Below are positions 41,075-51,963 of a stretch of 64,000 nt of DNA, piece by piece. The notes under the pieces were generated by a model. That model did not search any database. It saw nothing but the letters and a program-made list of their open reading frames with translations, and had not been told where the DNA came from. The DNA lies in contig CAVVKJ010000010.1 in the NCBI GenBank assembly GCA_963748815.1, positions 1,056,001-1,120,000 of the forward strand. The letters are read 5' to 3'. Each line of letters opens with the position of its first letter. Within the stretch, counting starts at the first letter, position 1. The position numbers and the translations under genes are program-made. Origin of the DNA: an uncultured Gemmatimonadales bacterium. Lineage in GTDB: Bacteria > Gemmatimonadota > Gemmatimonadetes > Gemmatimonadales > GWC2-71-9.

Positions 41075-41674
41075 ATGCGCACTTGGTTTCGTCGGTGTTC
41101 CACTCTCGCCGGTCTGGCTCTCGCCGCCGTCGCCCTCCACGCCTCTCCGGCGTCGGCCCAGCAGCAGGCGTCGGTTGGCTTCCTCGGCGGCGCCTCGTTC
41201 TCCACGCTGATGAGCACCGACTCCGACGTGTCGCCCAAGTCGTCGACGGGGTTTGCCGGCGGGTTCTTCGTGTCGATCCCGGTGGCCAAGTCGCTGATGG
41301 TCGAGCCGGAAATCCTCTACGTCAACAAGGGTTCCGGCTTCGAGGACGAAGAGTTCACCCTCAATCTCAACTACATCGAGATCCCGGTCCTGCTCCGCTA
41401 TGAATTCACCCAGGACGGCGGTCCGTTCGCCTATGTCGGCCCGTACGTCGGGTTCAACGTGAAGTGCAACGCCTCGGTCGATACGCTCGGGACCCCCTGC
41501 GCCGACGAGAACGTCGAACCGTCGACCGACTTCGGCGGCACGATCGGCATCGGATACCGCAAGGCGGCCTGGGGCTTCGACATCCGCTACGACTACGGAT
41601 TCACCGACGTCATCAAGGACGAGAAGGGGAAGAACTCCGCCCTCATGATCCTGCTTCGCGTGGCCGTCAACTAG
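41075..41674 (+). CDS. Outer-membrane beta-barrel protein, copy 6
   Basis: ASA-Q signal, GGASFSTL, VEPEILYVNKG, LNYIEIPVLLRY, GPYVGFNVKC..C, DIRYDYG, KNSALMILLR. Confidence 0.87.
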   Translation: MRTWFRRCSTLAGLALAAVALHASPASAQQQASVGFLGGASFSTLMSTDSDVSPKSSTGFAGGFFVSIPVAKSLMVEPEILYVNKGSGFEDEEFTLNLNYIEIPVLLRYEFTQDGGPFAYVGPYVGFNVKCNASVDTLGTPCADENVEPSTDFGGTIGIGYRKAAWGFDIRYDYGFTDVIKDEKGKNSALMILLRVAVN

Positions 41675-41690
41675 CCCCGACATCATCGCC

Positions 41691-41731
41691 AGCGGCCCTC
41701 CGGAGCACTCCCGGGGGGCCGCTCGCTTTTT
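41691..41731 (+). terminator. Intrinsic terminator after copy 6
   Basis: AGCGGCCCTCCGG...CCGGGGGGCCGCT followed by CGCTTTTT. Confidence 0.65.
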
Positions 41732-41851
41732 GACCCATTCCCCGTATCCCAAAGCGGTGGAACGTCTTCCGGAGCCTCCTCCGGGCGACTAGTTTCCTAC
41801 CCTGACTTGGCCGGGGGGATGCCCGGCCTTCGCCGCCTCAAGGAGCCGTCG

Positions 41852-42799
41852 GTGGCCGTTCCGCTCGTCCAGCTCAGCCGCACCCCCGCCACCCCCAAGG
41901 GGGGGGCATCGACCGTGCCTGCAACCCCCGTCCGGAAGCCGTCCTGGCTCAAGGTCCGGACGCCAGGGGGCCAGAACTACGTGGAAATCCGGGGGATGAT
42001 GCGGGAGCTGGGCCTCCACACGGTGTGCGAGGAGGCTCGCTGCCCGAACATCGGCGAGTGCTGGGAACACAAGGCCGCCACGTTCATGATCCTCGGCGAC
42101 GTCTGCACCCGGAACTGCACCTACTGCGCGGTGGCCCACGGGACGCCCAAGCCGTTCGATCCGGTCGAGCCGGTCCGACTCGCCGAGGCGGTCACCCGGA
42201 TGGGGCTGCAGCACGTGGTCATCACCTCGGTGGACCGGGACGACCTCCCGAACGGCGGGGCCGAGGCCTTCGCGGGATGCATCACCGAAATTCGCGCCCG
42301 GCTCCCCGAGACCTCGGTCGAAGTGCTGATTCCCGACTTCAAGGGCTCCGAACAGGCGCTCCAGCTCGTGATGGACGCCCGCCCCGACATCCTGAACCAC
42401 AATCTCGAGACCCCAGAACGCCTCTACCGTCTGGCCCGGCCGGGAGGCCGCTACGACCGGGCCCTGCGACTCCTCGCCAACGCGCGCCGGATGGGCGGTC
42501 CCGACGCCCTCACCAAGTCGGGGATCATCCTCGGCATGGGCGAGGAGTGGGACGAGGTCCTGGTCTGCATGCGCGATCTCCGCAAGAGCGACGTCAACAT
42601 CCTGACCCTCGGCCAGTATCTCCGCCCCTCCGGCGGCCACCTGCCGATCGCCCGCTACTACACCCCCGATGAGTTCGCCGAGCTCCGCGAGATCGGCCTG
42701 CGGCTCGGGTTCTCCCACGTCGAATCGAGCCCGTTGACCCGTTCCTCGTATCACGCGTGGGAGCAGGTCGACAAGGCCAAAGAACAGAGGAACGCCTGA
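41852..42799 (+). CDS. lipA: Lipoyl synthase
   Basis: CEEARCPNIGEC, radical SAM CTRNCTYC, RSSYHA; GTG after SD AAGGAG. Confidence 0.97.
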   Translation: MAVPLVQLSRTPATPKGGASTVPATPVRKPSWLKVRTPGGQNYVEIRGMMRELGLHTVCEEARCPNIGECWEHKAATFMILGDVCTRNCTYCAVAHGTPKPFDPVEPVRLAEAVTRMGLQHVVITSVDRDDLPNGGAEAFAGCITEIRARLPETSVEVLIPDFKGSEQALQLVMDARPDILNHNLETPERLYRLARPGGRYDRALRLLANARRMGGPDALTKSGIILGMGEEWDEVLVCMRDLRKSDVNILTLGQYLRPSGGHLPIARYYTPDEFAELREIGLRLGFSHVESSPLTRSSYHAWEQVDKAKEQRNA

Positions 42800-43827
42800 T
42801 GGCGGGCACCCGTCCCTCGTCCCGAGCCAAGGGCGCGGCGCGCAGCGCCGAATCCGGCGCCAGCCCAGAGCAGTGCCGGAGCTACCTGCGGCAAATGCGC
42901 CTCATCCGTCAGTTCGAGGACAAGGCCGGTGAGGCGTACAGCCTCGGCAAGATCGGCGGGTTCTGTCACCTGTACATCGGGCAGGAGGCGGTGGCGGTCG
43001 GCAGCATGGCGGCGCTTCGCCAGGACGACTACATCACCACCTCCTACCGCGATCACGGCCATGCGCTGGCCCGGGGACTCACCGCGCGGTCGGTCATGGC
43101 GGAGCTCTTCGGCAAGGCGACAGGGTGTTCGCACGGCAAGGGCGGCTCGATGCACCTCTTCGACGCCTCCCTCGGGTTTCTCGGCGGGCACGGCATCGTC
43201 GGCGGCCACATCCCGCTCACGGCGGGGATGGCGTTCGCGGCCAAGTACCGGAAGACCGACCAGGTGGCGGTCTGTTATTTCGGGGAGGCGGCGGTCAACA
43301 TCGGGTCGTTCCACGAGACGCTCAACATGGCGGCGCTCTGGAAGCTGCCGGCCATCTTCATCGTCGAGAACAACGGCTACGGCATGGGGACCGCGCTGGC
43401 GCGGGCCAGCTCGCTGCTGGACCTTGCCCACCGGGCCTACTCCTACGAAATGACCGAGGAAGTGGTGGATGGGCAGGACGTCTTTGCCGTCCGGAGCGCC
43501 ATGGATCGCGCCGTGACGCGGGCGCGTGTCGAGTCGCTCCCGACGCTCCTCGAAATGCGCACCTACCGCTACGTCGGGCACTCGATGTCGGACGCGGCGC
43601 ACGGCACCTATCGCACCAAGGAAGAGGTGGAGGAGTTTCGGCAGCGGGATCCGATCAAGCTGCTCGAGGCCCATATGGTCGCCGCGCGGATGATCGACGA
43701 GGCGGGGCTCAAGGCGCTCGACGAGGAGATCGTCGCCGAGGTCGAGGATTCGGTGCGCTTCGCGGAGGAGTCGCCGGACCCGGCGCCGGGCGAACTGTGG
43801 ACCGACGTGCTCGCGGGAGGGCGGTAA
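42799..43827 (+). CDS. pdhA: Pyruvate dehydrogenase E1 alpha
   Basis: GFCHLYIGQEAVA, GKGGSMH, TPP motif GEAA...NN, YRYVGHSMSD. Confidence 0.96.
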   Translation: MAGTRPSSRAKGAARSAESGASPEQCRSYLRQMRLIRQFEDKAGEAYSLGKIGGFCHLYIGQEAVAVGSMAALRQDDYITTSYRDHGHALARGLTARSVMAELFGKATGCSHGKGGSMHLFDASLGFLGGHGIVGGHIPLTAGMAFAAKYRKTDQVAVCYFGEAAVNIGSFHETLNMAALWKLPAIFIVENNGYGMGTALARASSLLDLAHRAYSYEMTEEVVDGQDVFAVRSAMDRAVTRARVESLPTLLEMRTYRYVGHSMSDAAHGTYRTKEEVEEFRQRDPIKLLEAHMVAARMIDEAGLKALDEEIVAEVEDSVRFAEESPDPAPGELWTDVLAGGR

Positions 43828-43828
43828 C

Positions 43829-44809
43829 ATGGCGCTCCTGACCTACCGCGACGCCCTGAACGAGGCGCTCCGCGAGGAGATGGCCCTCGACGACCGCGTC
43901 TTCCTGATGGGCGAGGAAGTGGCGGAGTACGACGGTGCCTACAAGGTGAGCCGCGGGCTGCTGAAGGAGTTCGGCCCGCTGCGGGTGGTGGACACGCCGA
44001 TCGCCGAGCTGGGCTTTGCCGGCATCGGGGTCGGCGCGGCGATGGTCGGCCTCCGCCCGGTCATCGAGTTCATGACGTGGAACTTCGCGCTGCTCGCCAT
44101 CGACCAGATCGTCAACTCGGCGGCCAAGATGCGGTACATGTCGGGGGGCCAGGTCGGCTGCCCGATCGTCTTCCGCGGCCCGGGCGGCGCGGCGCTGCAG
44201 CTCGCCGCGCAGCACTCGCAGTCGTTCGAGTCCTGGTACGCGCACATCCCCGGCCTCAAGGTGCTGACCCCCGGCACGCCGGCCGACGCCAAGGGGCTGC
44301 TCAAGAGCGCCATCCGCGACGACGACCCGGTGGTGTTCATCGAAGGCGAGATGCTCTACAACGTGAAGGGCGAGGTGCCGGAAGGCGAGCACCTGGTGCC
44401 GATCGGGAAGGCGGAGGTCAAGCGCGCCGGCTCCGACGTCACGCTGGTCTGCCACTCGAAGACGGTCACGGTGGCGCTCAAGGCGGCGGAGCAGCTCGCC
44501 GCCGAGGGGATCAACGCCGAGGTGGTGGACCTCCGCACGATCCGCCCGATGGACACCGAGACGGTGCTCAACTCGGTGGGCCGGACGCATCGGTGCGTGG
44601 TGGTGGAGGAGGGGTGGGCGTTCGCGGGGGTGGGCGCGCAGGTGGTGGACGAGATTCAGCGGCACATCTTCGATGAACTCGACGCGCCGGTGCTGCGGGT
44701 CACGGGCGCCGACGTGCCGATGCCCTACAACAAGCAGCTCGAGCGGGCGGCCAAGGCCGACCCGGCCAAGGTGATCGCCGCCGTCAAGCAGGTGCTCTAC
44801 CTGGCCTGA
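43829..44809 (+). CDS. pdhB: Pyruvate dehydrogenase E1 beta
   Basis: MGEEVAEYDGAYKVS, DTPIAE.GF, EFMTWNF, AAQHSQ, DVPMPY. Confidence 0.96.
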   Translation: MALLTYRDALNEALREEMALDDRVFLMGEEVAEYDGAYKVSRGLLKEFGPLRVVDTPIAELGFAGIGVGAAMVGLRPVIEFMTWNFALLAIDQIVNSAAKMRYMSGGQVGCPIVFRGPGGAALQLAAQHSQSFESWYAHIPGLKVLTPGTPADAKGLLKSAIRDDDPVVFIEGEMLYNVKGEVPEGEHLVPIGKAEVKRAGSDVTLVCHSKTVTVALKAAEQLAAEGINAEVVDLRTIRPMDTETVLNSVGRTHRCVVVEEGWAFAGVGAQVVDEIQRHIFDELDAPVLRVTGADVPMPYNKQLERAAKADPAKVIAAVKQVLYLA

Positions 44810-44850
44810 CGGATGTCGCCATTCTACTGCCTCGATCCGGGATCTGACGC

Positions 44851-46108
<1,258 letters not shown>

Positions 46109-46147
46109 CGGCCCCGGCCGCCCGACCTGAGACCGAGGACTTTCATC

Positions 46148-47542
46148 GTGGCTTCATTCGACATCATCATCCTGGGCGGCGGCCCCGCCGGCTACGTCTG
46201 CGCCATCCGCGCGGCCCAGCTCGGCCTCAGCACCGCCGTCGTCGAGAAGGACAAGCTGGGCGGCGTCTGCGTCAACATCGGCTGCATCCCGACCAAGGCC
46301 CTGCTCCACAGCGCGTCGTCGATCCAGCTCATCCAGCACCAGGCCAAGGACCTCGGCATCGAGGTCGGCACCGTGAAGACCGACTACGGCGTCGCGATGA
46401 AGCGGAGCCGCAAGGTGTCGGAGCAGAACTCCAAGGGCGTGGAGTTCCTGATGAAGAAGAACAAGGTGACGGTCATCAAGGGGACCGGCACGCTGATGCC
46501 CGGCAAGAAGGTCAAGGTCGGCGCCGACGTGCACGAGGCCAAGAAGGCGGTCGTCATCGCCACCGGGTCCCGGGTCAAGGGCATTCCGCAAATCGGGCTG
46601 GAGATCAACAAGACCACCGTCATCAGCTCCGACGAGGCGCTGTTCCTGGAATCCGCGCCGAAGTCGATGATCGTGGTCGGCGCGGGCGCGGTCGGATCGG
46701 AATTTGCCGACATCTTCAACTCCTTCGGCACCAAGGTGACGCTCGTCGAGGCCCTCCCCCGGATCCTCCCGATCGAGGACGCCGAGTGCTCCGACGCGCT
46801 GGCCAAGTCGTTCAAGAAGCGGGGCATCGACGTGCTGGCGGGCGCCAAGGTGCTGAAGGCGACGGTCGGGAAGGATTCGGTCACGCTGGAGGTCGAGTCG
46901 GGCGGCGAAAAGAAGTCCATCACCGCCGACAAGGTGCTGATGGCGGCCGGCCGCGCCGTGAACACCGAGAACATGGGCTTCAAGGAAGCCGGCGTGCAGC
47001 TGACCGACCGCGGGTTCGTGAAGGTGAACCTCGCCACGCTCGAGACCACCGCCCCCGGCGTCTACTGCATCGGCGACGTGGCCGGTCCGCCGATGCTGGC
47101 GCACAAGGGGAGCCGCGAGGGCTCGGTCGTCGCGGAGCTGATCGCCGGGCACAAGCCGCACCCCATCCGCTACGACAATGTCCCGAGCGTCACGTACTGC
47201 CACCCGGAAGTCGCCAGCATCGGCCTGACCGAGGAGCAGTGCAAGGAGAAGAAGCTCGACTACCAGGTCGGCCGCTTCCCCTTCAGCGCCAACGGCCGCG
47301 CCCGCGCCTCCAACGAGACCGAGGGCTTCGTCAAGATCATCCGCGACAAGAAGTACGGCGAGATCCTCGGCGCCCATATCGTCGGCGGGCACGCCTCCGA
47401 GATGATCCACGAGCTCGCCGTGGCGCGGGAAAACGAGTACACCGTCGAGGAAGTCGACCTGGCCATCCACGCCCATCCCACCCTGTCGGAAGCGATCGCC
47501 GAAGCGGCGCTCGATTCGATGGGGAGGGTGATCCACACCTAG
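46148..47542 (+). CDS. lpdA: Dihydrolipoyl dehydrogenase E3
   Basis: GGGPAGY, GGVCVNIGCIPTK, HAHPTLSE. Confidence 0.97.
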   Translation: MASFDIIILGGGPAGYVCAIRAAQLGLSTAVVEKDKLGGVCVNIGCIPTKALLHSASSIQLIQHQAKDLGIEVGTVKTDYGVAMKRSRKVSEQNSKGVEFLMKKNKVTVIKGTGTLMPGKKVKVGADVHEAKKAVVIATGSRVKGIPQIGLEINKTTVISSDEALFLESAPKSMIVVGAGAVGSEFADIFNSFGTKVTLVEALPRILPIEDAECSDALAKSFKKRGIDVLAGAKVLKATVGKDSVTLEVESGGEKKSITADKVLMAAGRAVNTENMGFKEAGVQLTDRGFVKVNLATLETTAPGVYCIGDVAGPPMLAHKGSREGSVVAELIAGHKPHPIRYDNVPSVTYCHPEVASIGLTEEQCKEKKLDYQVGRFPFSANGRARASNETEGFVKIIRDKKYGEILGAHIVGGHASEMIHELAVARENEYTVEEVDLAIHAHPTLSEAIAEAALDSMGRVIHT

Positions 47543-47564
47543 GCGGGGAAGCGGGGAAGCGGGG
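47543..47564 (+). repeat. (GCGGGGAA)x2 plus GCGGGG filling the whole intergenic gap
   Basis: Runs exactly from the lpdA TAG to the next ATG. Confidence 0.9.
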
Positions 47565-48023
47565 ATGCAACAGCCTCAAAGCGACCGCCCCGAACACTGG
47601 AATCCCGTCGCCCCGACCGAGGACTACATCCCCCTCGCGTGGGCGTCCATCGGATTCGGCATCCTCCTCGGCACCGCTCTCGTCGCGGCCGTGCTCCTCG
47701 GTGTCCGCGCGCTCATCGCGCAGGGCCCCCCGACCGACACCCCCGATCCCGGCCAGCCCGCGGCAGTACTCCTCATCTTCGGGACCCTCGGCGCCTGCGC
47801 CGTGGCGGGCGTTTCGTGCTGGACGGCCATGGCCCCGGTCCCGGCCTATCGCCGAGGCGGCCTCAGCATGGTCACCGCCTTCGCCACCGTCGTCACGGCC
47901 CTCCTCCTCGCCCCGGTCAACGAACTTGGCGGGCCGGCCGCGCTGGGCGCGGTTGCGCTCGGGTGCGGCGCGCTGGCCTGGAGGCTTGGCAGGCGGATCA
48001 GGGGACTGCGGGCGGACCGATGA
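47565..48023 (+). CDS. Hypothetical membrane protein (about 4 TM)
   Basis: Hydrophobic ORF between lpdA and lipB; ATGA overlap with lipB. Confidence 0.7.
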   Translation: MQQPQSDRPEHWNPVAPTEDYIPLAWASIGFGILLGTALVAAVLLGVRALIAQGPPTDTPDPGQPAAVLLIFGTLGACAVAGVSCWTAMAPVPAYRRGGLSMVTAFATVVTALLLAPVNELGGPAALGAVALGCGALAWRLGRRIRGLRADR

Positions 48024-48736
48024 GCCAGCGATCGCTCCTGGTGGCGGACCTGGGCCGGCGCCCCTACGGCGAGGTGCTGGAGTTGCAGCGCAGGCTCTGC
48101 CGGGCGCGCCAGTCGGGAGAGACGAGCGAGGACCTCCTGTTGTTCGTCGAGCACGATCCAGTGGTGACGCTGGGCCGCGGCACCAAGGAAAGCAGCCTCC
48201 CGCTCTCGCCGGCGGGCATCCGGCAGCGCGGGGTCGAGGTCTACGACGTGGAGCGCGGAGGCGACGTCACCTTCCACGGCCCGGGCCAGCTGGTGGGTTA
48301 CCCGATTCTCGACCTGTCACACCATCGGCAGGACCTGCACTGGTACCTGCGGACCGTCGAGGAGGCCCTCATCGTGGGGCTCGACGCGCTCGGAATCGCG
48401 GCGGCGCGCAACCCGGGATTGACCGGGGTCTGGACGGGGGGACGGAAGATCGCGAGCATCGGAATTCACGTGAAGCAGTGGGTCACCTTTCACGGCTTCG
48501 CCCTGAATGTCACGACCGACCTCGACTACTTCGACCTGATCGTGCCCTGCGGCATCGAGGGAGTCTCGATGACCAGCGTGGCGAGGGAACTGGGGGGCGC
48601 CGCGCCCGCCGACCTGCTGGCCGTCACGCAGGACGCCGTCACGGCGGCGTTTGGCCGGGTCTTCGATCGCAAGTGGCGCCACGCGGAGCCCGTCGAGTGG
48701 GACCCCGCGGCACCGGCTGGTGGGGCGATGCGGTAA
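48020..48736 (+). CDS. lipB: Lipoyl(octanoyl) transferase
   Basis: VEHDPVVTLGR, RGGDVTFHGPGQLVGYPI, KIASIG, HGFALN, IVPCGI. Confidence 0.96.
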   Translation: MSQRSLLVADLGRRPYGEVLELQRRLCRARQSGETSEDLLLFVEHDPVVTLGRGTKESSLPLSPAGIRQRGVEVYDVERGGDVTFHGPGQLVGYPILDLSHHRQDLHWYLRTVEEALIVGLDALGIAAARNPGLTGVWTGGRKIASIGIHVKQWVTFHGFALNVTTDLDYFDLIVPCGIEGVSMTSVARELGGAAPADLLAVTQDAVTAAFGRVFDRKWRHAEPVEWDPAAPAGGAMR

Positions 48737-48774
48737 GGTTGCCTTTCGTGCGGTGCTCCGCCAATCTCCACGTC

Positions 48775-49257
48775 ATGGCGGACATTCCACCGAAACGCAC
48801 CCCGCAGACCATCGCGGACGAGCGCGTGACGCAAATCCTGAAGGCGGCCGACAGCTGGGCCTCCGACGCTCCCGCGGCGCTTTCGCCGGCGGTGCGGGCC
48901 GTCTGCCTGCGCCTGGCGGAGATGATCGCCGATGCGCGGCACGAACACCTCCCGAATCCCGAACCCCTTGATCCCGAAGCCGGCCAGGCGCTCGACCTGA
49001 TCGCCAAGCGGCTCCGCGCCCCCGCCTCCGTGCGCGGACTTGAGCAGGAGCTCGAGGCGCTGTCCGCACTGGAACTCCGGGCCACGGGGGCGTGGGCGGT
49101 GGTGCCCTCCGCGCAGGGCGAATGGACCGCCACCGCCATCGCCTACCTCGAACAGCGTGCCGCCACGCTGCCGGCGGCGGAGCGCCCAGGCGACTACTGG
49201 GCCGACGACCTGGTGGCGGGGGTCATCGCCTCCGTCCGGGCCCTGGTGGCCGGGTGA
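48775..49257 (+). CDS. Hypothetical helical protein
   Basis: 160-aa ORF with high-GC3 codon usage, followed by a hairpin. Confidence 0.55.
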   Translation: MADIPPKRTPQTIADERVTQILKAADSWASDAPAALSPAVRAVCLRLAEMIADARHEHLPNPEPLDPEAGQALDLIAKRLRAPASVRGLEQELEALSALELRATGAWAVVPSAQGEWTATAIAYLEQRAATLPAAERPGDYWADDLVAGVIASVRALVAG

Positions 49258-49271
49258 AGGCCCGCTAAGCT

Positions 49272-49305
49272 GAAGCCCCCCGGCACGACGCCGGGGGGCT
49301 TCTTC
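49272..49305. terminator. Hairpin/terminator between convergent genes
   Basis: GAAGCCCCCCGGC-ACGAC-GCCGGGGGGCTTC-TTC, 13-bp perfect stem. Confidence 0.75.
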
Positions 49306-49326
49306 ACACGCGGGATCGCACGGTGC

Positions 49327-50704
49327 TCAACCCTTCGTGGGCTTTTCCTCCGCCATCATCTCGAAGAACCGTCCGAACACCCGGATGCCGTCCCAGATCT
49401 GCTGCACGGCGATCTTCTCGTTGGGCGAATGCAAGCCGTCGTCGGGAAGGCCCACGCCGGTCAGGAGCACCGGGGCGCCGGTCATGCCGAGTTTCGGCAC
49501 GATGGGGATCGACCCGCCTGCCCGCACCGACACCGTCTTGCGCCCCACCACTTCCTCGAAGGCGCGATCGAGCACTCGGAAGGCGGGGGCGGTGACATCC
49601 ACCTCCACCGGGTCGGCACCGTGCAGGGGACGGACTTCGACCTTGGCCCAGGTCGGCGCCAGCGCCTGCACCGTCTTCTCGAGCGCCGCCTGTACCCCGT
49701 CCCGGGTCAGCCCGGGCACCAGGCGGAGGCTCACCTTGGCGGCGGCCTTGGCGGGAATGACGGTCTTGGCCCCGTCGCCGGTGAAGCCGCCCATGATGCC
49801 GTGGATTTCGAACGTCGGCAGCGCCCAGGTCCGCTCGAGGATCGAGTATTCCTTGAGGCCGGTCAAGCGCGGTGGAGGTGACCTCCTCCTTCATGTACTC
49901 GTGCACGTTGAAGGGCAGCCCCTTCCACGCCTCCAGCTCCGACTCGGTCGGCGGCACCACCTGGTCGTAGAGTCCGCGGATGTGAATGCGGCCGTCGACC
50001 CCCTTCAGGTCCATGAGGAGGCGGCAGAGCGCCTCCATCGCGTTCGGGGCGACGCCGCCGTAGGTGCCGGAGTGGAGGTCGCGCTCCAGCGTCCGGAGGT
50101 GAATCTCGGCGTAGCACATGCCCCGGAGCGCGGTGTACACCGCGGGGATGCCCGGCGCGTAGTACCCCATGTCGGCCACCAGCACGGCGTCGGCGTTGGT
50201 GCGCTCCGGCTCCAGGTTGAGGCGGTCGACGATCACGTCGCCCCCGCACTCCTCTTCGCCCTCGATGATGAAATTCACGTTGAGGGGCGGGCGGCCGTCG
50301 GCGTCGAGCACCGACTCGTACGCCTTCAGGAGGGTGAAGACCTGCCCCTTGTCGTCCACCGCACCGCGCGCGTAGAGATTGCCATCGCGGATGGTCGGCT
50401 CGAAGGCGGGGGAAATCCACTCGTCGAGCGGATCGGGGGGCTGCACGTCGTAGTGGCCGTAGACCAGCACCGTCGGCTTGCCGGGGACGCGGGGACTCTC
50501 CGCCCAGACGATCGGGTGCCCCTTCCCCTCGAGGAGGGTGACCTTGGAGCACTTCAGCCGCTTGAACTCTTCCACCAGCCAGTCGGCGGCCTTCCGGCAG
50601 TCGGGGGCGTTCGCCGGGAGGGTGCTCACACTGGGGATGCGCAGAAAGGAGAAGAGTTCGCCGAGGAGGCGCTTCTCTTCGCGGGCCACAAATCCGGTAT
50701 CCAT
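49327..50704 (-). CDS. M20 family dipeptidase (one frameshift near 49865)
   Basis: YGHYDVQP, ARGAVDDKGQ, EGEEE, DLHSG.YGG, GGSIP, HSPNE. Confidence 0.92.
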
Positions 50705-50850
50705 AGGGGGAACGTCCTCGGAAAAGCTGACGGTTGCGAGCGGGCGTAACTGACGAAAGGTACACGAAACCGGGCAGCACGCGAGGGCCGTCCGCGGGGT
50801 GACCAAAGGCCCCCTCTGGCGCGATTCGATCCCACCGATACATTCGCCAG

Positions 50851-51963
50851 ATGTTCACCACATCCCAGTTCCGCGTGTTCGCCACCGAGCCCAGTGAGCG
50901 TGCCCTGGCCCGGGCGCGGCACCTCCTCCGCGACGCGTCACTCGATGAGGCGGAAGAGGCGTACCTCGAACTCATCGACCGGCAACCGGACTTGAAGCTG
51001 GCCTGGTGCGAGTACTTCGAGATGCTCCGCGGGCAGCGGCGCTTCGAGGAAGGGCTGGCGCTCTCGGCGCAGGCGGCCGACCAGTTCGGCGAGTCCGCCC
51101 TCCCGCTCGCGCTCAAGGGCGCGGCGATGGTGGAACTCGGCCGGTACCGGGAAGGTCTCGTGGCGCTGGAACAGGCGGCCGCCCGCAATCCTGACTTCGC
51201 CATGGTCTGGCACGAGGCCGGGTACGCCGCGTACCGACTCGGCGAGCACGACCGCGCCCTGCTCGCCCTCGACCGGGCGTTCGCCCTCGAGCCCCACAGC
51301 GGCACGCTGCACCTGCGCGGGAAAATCCTGCGGGGCGCCGGCCGGTACCTCGCCGCGGAGGTTGCCTTCAGCGGCGCAGTCGAGTCGGCCGAGTTCCCGG
51401 AGCAGCGGGCGGAGGCGGAGCGGCAGGTGGCCATCACCCGCCGGTACGCGGCCTTCGCCGGCCGGCGGCCCGCCGAGCTTACCGCCACCCAGCGCTGGTT
51501 CGGCGACCACGGCGCGTCGCTCCTCACCCGCTCAGACGGCGAGCATCATCCCTCGCCGGAGCGGCTGGTGCAGGAGTTCATCACCGTGGTGCGCGAGGAA
51601 GAGTGGCGATTCACCCACCTGGTGACCACCGACGAGTGGGACGGCTGGGTGGCGCTGGCGGCGGCGCTGGAGCTCCCGGGGCACGACGGAAAGTCCCTCG
51701 CGCCCGACGCGGTGCCGCTGGTCGTCGGGCTGCGGCCGGGCGGCGTCGGGTCCAGCTGGGCACTGGCCAACCGGCAGGTCCTCCGGAGCGAGGAGGGGCT
51801 GACGTTCAGCGTCTTCCAGCCCCTCTCGGGACCGGTGGCGGATGTGGCGGGGATTCTGGAAGGGACCGGTCGCGTGCGCGTCGACCTCGGCCTCGCGGAG
51901 GAGGCCATCCGGCATCCGCAAAGCCGCCTGCGGGGCCGTCGCCTACGGTCGGTCGGCCACTGA
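50851..51963 (+). CDS. Tetratricopeptide-repeat protein with unknown C-terminal domain
   Basis: Successive TPR-like helices (LGRYREGL.ALE.A...NP, LGEHDRAL.ALDRA..LEP). Confidence 0.75.
   Translation: MFTTSQFRVFATEPSERALARARHLLRDASLDEAEEAYLELIDRQPDLKLAWCEYFEMLRGQRRFEEGLALSAQAADQFGESALPLALKGAAMVELGRYREGLVALEQAAARNPDFAMVWHEAGYAAYRLGEHDRALLALDRAFALEPHSGTLHLRGKILRGAGRYLAAEVAFSGAVESAEFPEQRAEAERQVAITRRYAAFAGRRPAELTATQRWFGDHGASLLTRSDGEHHPSPERLVQEFITVVREEEWRFTHLVTTDEWDGWVALAAALELPGHDGKSLAPDAVPLVVGLRPGGVGSSWALANRQVLRSEEGLTFSVFQPLSGPVADVAGILEGTGRVRVDLGLAEEAIRHPQSRLRGRRLRSVGH

Noticed and set aside
37038..41674. Beta-barrel array as a DGR, shufflon or gene-conversion cassette system
   Set aside because: No reverse transcriptase or recombinase nearby, no near-identical nucleotide repeats between copies, and each copy has its own signal peptide and start region.
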